DNA of 64,000 nt from Eledone cirrhosa (taxonomy: Eukaryota), in assembly GCA_964016885.1 (NCBI GenBank), contig OZ024741.1, positions 300,762,001-300,826,000 on the forward strand, in the 5' to 3' direction. The position numbers and the translations under genes were made by a program. Under the pieces are notes generated by a model. The model ran no database searches. It was not told where the DNA came from and saw only the letters and a list, made by a program, of their open reading frames with translations. Below, piece by piece: positions 54,040 through 64,000 of the stretch (the first letter of the stretch is position 1; every line of letters starts with the position of its first letter).

Positions 54040-56092
54040 TGTAATTATATATATATATATAATAAAGATGCCTATATTGAATATATATGTATTGAATGCC
54101 AATGTATTAAATATCTTTTTTTACTGTTTACCTCACCTCCCATCCCCCAAATCTGCATATATGTAAGAAATCCAATGTTTTGTAATTTTATTTATAATTA
54201 TCAATGAAATGAATTTGCCTTTGGAATACCATCCCCTATAAATTCGACCCTTTTATATAGTCTATATATAATCAATTATAGAAATGGTGTCGAAAAAAGT
54301 ACACTAATAATTCTGAAATTTGTAAGAATGTCTAACTGTGATAAGTAGAAGTTTTATGATGGAATATATAAATGCCTGTATCATGTAAATGATGGTGATG
54401 CCCAGGAGTTTATAAAAATACATTGTTTGTTATTTATGTCTAATCAAAAATCTATTAATACAATATATTTTTATATTCAAGATACTTATCCGATAAACTT
54501 TTATATGCATATGCATGATGACAACCATATAATAATATAGTTGATACCTTCTCTTATAGTTTTTCAAAAATGATTTACCTAAATATAGAAAGGCTATCAA
54601 ATTTTTCTTCATTTTTTTTTTAAATTCTAATATGTATTGACGATCTCTTACAGAGTATATAAATAACCAATGCAATTGTTTTCCCGAAAACATAATGGAT
54701 GTTTCAATAGTTTATTGAATAATACAAACATCATGATTGTATTGAAAAATAAAGCATAAAAATAATAAGTTATTTCGACGTTTTACGTCAATCATTTAAC
54801 CAAAAATTATTTTCTTGTGATTGCTCAAATCCGTAAAAAATTTGACTGTTTTTTTTTATGTTACTCCAATCAATTTCTTCATAAACAATAACATAATACT
54901 CCCACAATGCCCGATGAAAAGCCTTCTATAAAATAATCGCTTCCATCATAAAGTCTACAATCAATTTTCCTGTTATTGTTTTACACAAAACATTTGTTGA
55001 TTTCTCAACGTTTATTAAAAATCCTATAGTTTTCGCTTTGGTAAATATCTCTGGAGATGGAAAATAAACCGTCGGATGGTAAATCACCATTATCCCGGAA
55101 CTGTCTTCGATAAAAATCAATTTCTGATTAGTATGTAAGATTATTATTCAACGAACCGTCTCTAAATGACTAGTGCGCATATTCTATTTATAGGAACAAC
55201 TCTGCGAGTGTGTCAGAAACATTCGTAAATCAGAAACCATGTTTCCCATTGCATTTTTAGTAGTTTTAGCGCCAAGAATGAAGCAAATCAAAATACTAAC
55301 GAACATCTCCAAAGATATATTACCCCATTTTCTAAACTATTATTTATAGTGATCGACTATTATTATAGTTATCTGCGTTGGGAAGACTACATTTATATTC
55401 GTAATGTTCCCAATGTTTCATATATCAAAATGATGTTTACACTGATCGGTATAGGTTTAAAATTGAGGGAACGTATGTGCTAGTATCTCTTGCGCGCACG
55501 TCTGTGGTCACGTGGCCCTCAGTCCCGTGACTGTGACTCCATCGGTGTTGAATGTTTCCTAACATTTACTCCTCCCCCACCACATCCAGCTCTATCCACC
55601 TCCACATAGGTAATGAATTCACACTTCGTAGGTTAGCCGTTTGCCGTTGCACCACCATAAAGTCATACCCAAAGCTAAGCTGATTCTCTTATGAACATGC
55701 AATGAAAAGAAATATGAAGGCAACGATCATATTCGCTAACACATTCTTTTCTACACAGACCCTCTACTATGTGAGTGCAATTTCACACATCCAAATTCTA
55801 ACAGCAGCGAGTCAAAGTCAAACGCCCATCCTTCTATCATACGATCACTCCCACACAGACGCACATACAGGCTCGCACGCAGGGACACACGCACGCATAC
55901 ATTCAAACGTCCACTCCAAATATCCAATCATTACCTCGCATCTTAAAACTTTTTAACGCGTAAGATACACCTTCACCAGCAAATCTCCAAATGGCCCGAC
56001 TGAATACGCACGTGTGTGTTTTGTTATTCCTTTTTTTTCCTGTTTCTTCCACTTCTCACTATTTATCTTTCTGTTTTATCTGTTATTTCTAA

Positions 56093-56215
56093 TTCTATGA
56101 AGGACTAGTGTCCGAAACGTTACGACACTTTTCCAGTTATTTCAAGCCTTGGACTAATATGTTTCTTCAGTGTACTTTGTCGTTTGCTTTGTTTTTTTTC
56201 TGTTTACTTTTTACA
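56093..56215 (+). repeat. Pseudo-LTR end related to 9355-9480 with degenerate HHR
   Basis: ctatga aggac-tagt-gtcc GAAA cgtt (one core base deleted), versus ctgatgaaggactagcgtccgaaacgtt at 9441-9476. Confidence 0.6.
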
Positions 56216-56231
56216 TATGTATATATATATA

Positions 56232-56279
<48 letters not shown>

Positions 56280-56280
<1 letters not shown>

Positions 56281-56468
56281 CAAAGGAAATGTGGTAAGGA
56301 ACCAGATGGCCCATAACGCACCAGAGTACTCAGTACTTAGAATAGTAGAGCGGGAAATAGGAAAAAAATATGACCCCGACGGCAGAGCTCAAGCCATCTC
56401 GAGGGCTATTTCAGTCCGGAAATAGCCGTCGAAACGGCTTCAGCTCTGCCGTCGGGGTCATAATTTTT

Positions 56469-56470
<2 letters not shown>
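56280..56470. repeat. Short element with ~42-bp-arm GC-rich hairpin, family of 13197-13425
   Basis: tatgaccccgacggcagagct...gctattt ... aaatagccgtcgaaacggcttcagctctgccgtcggggtcata. Confidence 0.8.
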
Positions 56471-56520
<50 letters not shown>

Positions 56521-56604
56521 CATATATATAAATATACATATATATATATATATATATATACATATAAATATATATATATATACATATATATATAAATATA
56601 TATA

Positions 56605-56747
<143 letters not shown>

Positions 56748-56857
56748 ATATATATATACATATAAATATACATATATACATATAAATATATATATATTTA
56801 TTTACATATAAATATATATATTTACACACAGACACACATATATATACGTATATATAT

Positions 56858-56946
56858 ATATCTGAGGATCTTGTGATTTCAGAGTCAGGTTCAATCATTG
56901 CATCGATTGTGCCTCGAGCTGGTCGCCAGAGAAACGATTGTAATAT
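56858..56946 (+). ncRNA. Candidate hammerhead with extended stem II, beginning at a TA tract
   Basis: atat CTGAGGA tct-tgtgatt...ggtcgcc-aga GAAA cgattg TA atat, then aataaa. Confidence 0.65.
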
Positions 56947-57077
56947 TTCTAATAAATTTTAATTCGCCTCACCATTGATTCTCCGTTTCTCATGTGATAT
57001 TATACTCTGCTCTGTAAGAGCATCGAGTGCTCAAACGGACTACCGCATACGGACGCTTTAAGCACCCCCACACCAAT

Positions 57078-57166
<89 letters not shown>

Positions 57167-57199
57167 CATATACATATATATGTGTGTGTGTGTGTCACT

Positions 57200-58975
57200 T
57201 TTAAAATATTTTATTTGACATATTTGATCACTCCATTTGAAACATTTTGCTCATTTTTGCTGGGACTCTAATAAGGAATCCTCAGGTAATATAAACAACT
57301 TGAAACTAGCTTTTAAGCAGGGAAAGTCTAGCCTGTTGCGTAACATCTTGCTCATTTACGAGTCTCTACTATAAATATTGCAAATTATTTGATCAGTAAA
57401 AAATATCGACTATCAGAAACATCAGTCTAATTTCTTTTTAGATATATTTTACTGTAATAAAGAGTACTGTAACCAATTTACTAGTATATATAAAACACTG
57501 AAATAAAATATTTACATTCTAAGAGTTAGTTTGATTATCACAAGAGCTTCCTTTATTCTTTAATGAGGCAGTACATTTTATTTAATACCCACCTATGATA
57601 ACTCTTTTAAAGCATGTTCGAATATAACTTCTATGCATCCAAACAATGTAGGATTAATAATTATTGTTTTAAACAGCATACATTGTTATCCTCCATTCTT
57701 TCCTGATCACAGTCCATTCACACAAATATTTCAATAGTTTTGTGCAACATGTAAGACAGTAGAATATTTCAGTTTTAAAATAATATGAAATAAGCATTGC
57801 CCAAAGTTAATCATGTGTTAATATATTCTTTACATCCTTATAGCAAAATATCTTTGACGTAGAACTGACGTCTATTTTCCTGAGGATTTATATATTGTCA
57901 TGGAGAAGTAATTTATTAAAAGATATTCCAATATCCTCTTAGAGTTCAATCGGTGTAGAATGTTTAGAGCTTTAAAATTTACTCCTAGCCCTATAGATGC
58001 AGTAATAATATGTTTATACAACATTAGCCTACATCAATTCTTCCGATTTGGATTTTGTTAATACTTTTATTTCACGAAACATAAAAATTCTTATTCGAAT
58101 TGGCTGCAAGGAATAATCTGGTCGACTAAACATACAGGAAAACGTAAGAATGTACCAAGTGTTGTGTAACATGATGCACTTTTATTACATAAAGCTAAAT
58201 ACGAAAGGGAGGGAGAGAGGGGGGGGGGGATATAAAGAGATAAATATATATATATATATATATATAAAAATAAAGATAAAGATAATAAGGACAAAAATGA
58301 AACCAAAGAAGGGGGTGAGAAAGAAGAAAAGAAAAGATAGCTAAGAAGGGGAAGGAAGGAAGGAAGAAAACGAAGAAATAGAAGAGAAATGAGGGAGAAG
58401 AGGGGGATATATGTATTGGTTTTGTGGGTAATTAAAGGGTTCAGGTACAACAAGAGGGTATAAAGTCTAAGTATATGCAGTTTGTCAGTTGGTAGTAAGA
58501 GGTTAAGGGTTCGATTTGTAGTGTGAAAACTTCTCTTTGAGTCTATGGTTACAATAAATTGATCTCTCGATTTTATTGTTGAGTAACTTATTCTTCGAAC
58601 TTAAGATGTGGAACAGCTCAAGGTCGCATAATCGACAGCTTCTCATACGACTCCGATATGGGGCGCGTTCGATAATTTTTTCCACTTCAGGGTGTATTGA
58701 TGGTTATTTTCCCTCAGTTGCCAGGTCTTGTTTGCAAGGGTAGTTACATACTGTAACAAGAGTTGTTAATACTGTAAATAAAACACTTTTTGCACAGCCG
58801 ACCATGTTATTCTTCACTCTTTCACTATTATTACTCCAAGAATCACCTGCATAGGTATTCTCGTAAACTCATCACCTAATCAAGGAAACTTCTTGTTGAA
58901 TCAAACAACGCCGTACGTTTCAACTATCCACAGTAGAGATTACTCACAACCTCTAACTGGATTACCTTAAAGTTA
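57200..58975 (-). mobile_element. Severely 5'-truncated Hydra-like PLE (endonuclease C-terminus) with inverted pseudo-LTR; 3' limit uncertain
   Basis: Minus TLANKTWQLRE...APY...CRLCDLELFHIL...LLNNKIERSIYCNH (58503-58745). 58775-58965 resembles 12945-13130. Confidence 0.75.
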
Positions 58976-59126
58976 AGGGTGAAAACAGCGATTCGTTGGT
59001 TAAACTTTAATCTGTTATTTTCATAAATATTTTCTCTATGGGTTTTATATATTTGATATATATTTATCCTTCCTTATCGAGCCCTCTTTGGATTATAGTC
59101 TTCACATTTATTATTATTACTATATA

Positions 59127-59203
<77 letters not shown>

Positions 59204-59229
59204 GTGTGTGTATATATATATATGTATAT

Positions 59230-59920
59230 ATATAAAATTAAGTATGTGTGTGTGTGTCTGTGTATTACCTATTTTACGACCGATTTTCATGAAACTTTAC
59301 AGGCTCATAGAATAGTCATCGGGGAGTATTTTGCATATATTAGCCTATCGCTTTTCTATTCCGGTGTCATTCTGCAGATAAAAATCTATAGGTGGGGGTT
59401 CAACTTTTTTTAGGTATCGAAAAATAAGATTTTTGGCTGTAGCTCCCACATTTTGCCACTGATTTAGTTCAAGTTTTAAAGCAAAATAGAATTTAACATT
59501 GCACATGGTGTAATGGCTTTATATTTTGTATATGTTGTTCAGGTACGGCGTGGCAGCCGTTTAAATATTCAAAATTACCACTTTTAGACTCAAATTTCCA
59601 CTTTTTCGGCTCTAGCTCCCACATTAAACAACCTACTTTGTTCAAATTTTACACTACGTTAGATCTGATTATTCACGTCTTAAAGTCGCTTTACATTTTG
59701 GATTTTTTATTCAGGAAAGGCGTGGCAGCCGCTAAAATATTCGAAAATACCACCTTTTCGCTCAAATTTCCGCCTTTTCCGCTCTAACTCCCCCATTTTT
59801 CAACCGATTTTGTTCAAATTCGAAATTTCGGCTCCACCTCACACATAAATCAATTTATTTGGTTCAACTTTTATACTACGATATAACCTATCATTGCACA
59901 TCTTATAGATGGTCAAAGGC
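59230..59920 (+). mobile_element. Non-autonomous Helitron/Helentron-like repeat with ~175-bp internal tandem units
   Basis: Starts after TA with aaaattaagtatgtgtgtgtgtgtctgt and accgattttcatgaaacttt. Units containing gctcccacatt and ggcgtggcagccg lie at ~59432, ~59606 and ~59777. No 3' CTAG end was found. Confidence 0.5.
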
Positions 59921-60078
59921 AAAACGATGGCCACTGACGTCGTCTGAGCTTTTAGTTGTGTATTTGAGAATTCATCGGTTTCCAATCAAGTAGCGTGAGC
60001 AAATTTGGCTTTTTTATATTTTCACAATGGAAAGCAGCCAGCAAATAGCTAACTCCATCCACCAGAGTATTAGAGTTA

Positions 60079-60979
60079 CTATAGACTACCCAAGTAAACA
60101 CCCCAAACATCGATTATCTGTACTAGACACAGAGCTCTGGTATAACCTGTAAAATAAGCCCCCATGTTAACTGTAAAACTAGAAATGTAGTGTATAGCAT
60201 AAGATGTACTGAAGGACAATGTAGAGACAAAAATATAGTGTACATAGGTTAGACAGCTCGTAGTGTAGGGGAACGGATAAATGAACACTGGCGAGACCTT
60301 CAAGATAGTAAAGAATCATCTGTACTCTACCAACATGCTAAAATAGAACATAAGGGTAAATTAGAGAACATAGAAATAAAAATAGAATCTACACACAGAA
60401 AAGACGCAATGTTTAGACAAATCACAGAGGCAATAAATATAAAAGAATTACAACCAAAATTAAATAGAGAATATGAGTGGAACAGCAACATCACAACTTA
60501 CAATTAAGGACAAAATGAAAACACACACACACACATAGAACAAACAACCCACCTGTGACATGTAAATAAACAAATAAATAAACGAATATAAACACACACA
60601 GACACCCGGATGTGGCGCATGCGCAGACTGAGCACACAACACACACACAGAAACAAAATGGCGTAGGACAGAACAAAGGAGAGGCACAAAAACAAAGAAA
60701 AGAATCCCCAATCCCCAGTCACTGAAGAGGTCACAGAATGCGTGACGAAAGAACTTTGACAATTTATAAGCAACTATCTGGTTGTGGAACCAACCAACCA
60801 GAAATTTATGAATTATAAATTTATAAATTCCTAAATTTATAAATTTATTATAATAAATTGAAGTGAAAGCAACTGGTGCGTGTGTTTCTTATTGGCAACA
60901 TGACCCTCCCAAAGTATAACAATATCGGTTTCAACACACGATTTCAGGTAAAGAATCTTGCTAAACAAATTCAGAAACG

Positions 60980-60982
<3 letters not shown>
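60079..60982 (+). mobile_element. 5'-truncated, diverged Nematis-like PLE (GIY-YIG + pseudo-LTR + 3' extension)
   Basis: CKTRNVVYSIRC...YIG*TARSVGERINEH...RQITEAINI...LNREYEW. HHR gtca CTGAAGA ggtcac-agaatgc-gtgac GAAA gaac TT tgac lies at 60718-60760. The [15 protein letters not shown] extension ends at (TA)n. Confidence 0.9.
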
Positions 60983-61030
<48 letters not shown>

Positions 61031-61048
61031 TGTGTATATATATATTTG

Positions 61049-61106
<58 letters not shown>

Positions 61107-61111
61107 TATGT

Positions 61112-62990
<1,879 letters not shown>

Positions 62991-63103
62991 TATATATATA
63001 TATATATGTATAAGCATATATATATATGTATGTGTATATATATATGTGTATATATATATGTATGTGTGTATATATATGTATATATATATATATGTATGTA
63101 TAT

Positions 63104-63156
<53 letters not shown>

Positions 63157-63157
63157 A

Positions 63158-63217
<60 letters not shown>

Positions 63218-63245
63218 AATTATTTACCACTTATCAAATCCTCAG

Positions 63246-63290
<45 letters not shown>

Positions 63291-63322
63291 ATATACTGAG
63301 CATTTGATCAGAGGTAAATAAT

Positions 63323-63510
63323 TGTTTCTTCTTTTGGCACAAGGCCAACAATTACCGAGTGTATTACTGGTACTTTATTTTATCGATCCCGTAAGGATAA
63401 AAGGCAAAGTTACCCTTGGCGGGATTTCAACTAAGATCATAAAGGGACCTAACTCTATGCTTCAAAGCATGGTGTCTGACTCTCTACCGATACTGCCAAT
63501 CCACCGCCTT
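63323..63510 (-). mobile_element. Full-length tRNA-derived SINE with 16-bp target-site duplication
   Basis: Minus strand aaggcggtggattggcagtatcggtag...gttgaaatcccgcc...ccttacgggatcgataaaataaagtaccagt...ggccttgtgccaaaagaagaaac. The TSD atcagaggtaaataat is at 63307-63322 and 63511-63526. Confidence 0.92.
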
Positions 63511-64000
63511 ATCAGAGGTAAATAATGTAATGGAGATAGATTGAGTGACGCAACTTCAGGCGATCAGCGGCCTCTAGTCTCACCTGATCAATGAAACAAT
63601 TGTTAATACCTGAAATAAAGCCCCTTGCTGCACAGCCAACCATAATACTCTTCATTCTTTCTCTCACTATATATATATATATGTGTGTGTATGTATGTAT
63701 ATATATTTCTATGTTCCCTTTGTCAAGGCAGAATTCTATGAGAAGGAAAACTCTAATATAACACCTGCAACCCTGATGGTATCCATTGATGTTGACTTGT
63801 TCTTCTTTTTGGTAAATATCATCTTGGTTAAGAGAGTGGGACTGGCTTTGTGCAGTACCTTTGCTCACGGCACAGGCATTGCTTTATATCTGGAGATCTC
63901 TCTGCACTTGTCGTCACATGGTACCATGGGTCTAGCACTATGTGACAATAATTGTCACAAGTGTAGTGTTTGTACCAGAGTTTTCAAGTCGCTGGTTGGA

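Noticed and set aside
54200-55140. Short minus-strand ORFs as a host pseudogene
   Set aside because: No recognisable domain motifs and frequent stops in all frames.

Overview
Eukaryotic, AT-rich, almost entirely repeat-derived DNA full of (TA)n/(CA)n microsatellites. The tRNA-like SINE family present suggests a mollusc, probably an octopus/cephalopod (inference). No intact host gene is recognisable. The window is dominated by decayed Penelope-like retroelements (PLEs; telomerase-related RT plus C-terminal GIY-YIG endonuclease) of three distinguishable types, provisionally Neptune-like, Hydra-like and Nematis-like. It also holds a disrupted RepHel Helitron with an intact 3' hairpin-CTAG end, non-autonomous Helitron-like elements, RTE-clade LINE fragments and SINEs. 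By eye I find about 25 type I hammerhead-ribozyme (HHR) motifs (CUGANGA...GAAA...UH), intact or degenerate, on both strands. The main hunt result is at least three unrelated ORF-less HHR-bearing units: a 318-nt terminally redundant monomer (9576-10012), a 556/557-nt tandem array (37165-38970) joined directly to a Nematis-like PLE, and two circularly permuted ~0.5-kb monomers arranged head-to-head (45047-46085). These look like retrozyme-type RNAs mobilised in trans by PLE machinery. Coordinates were read manually and element ends are approximate. Clade names are motif-based inferences, not search results.
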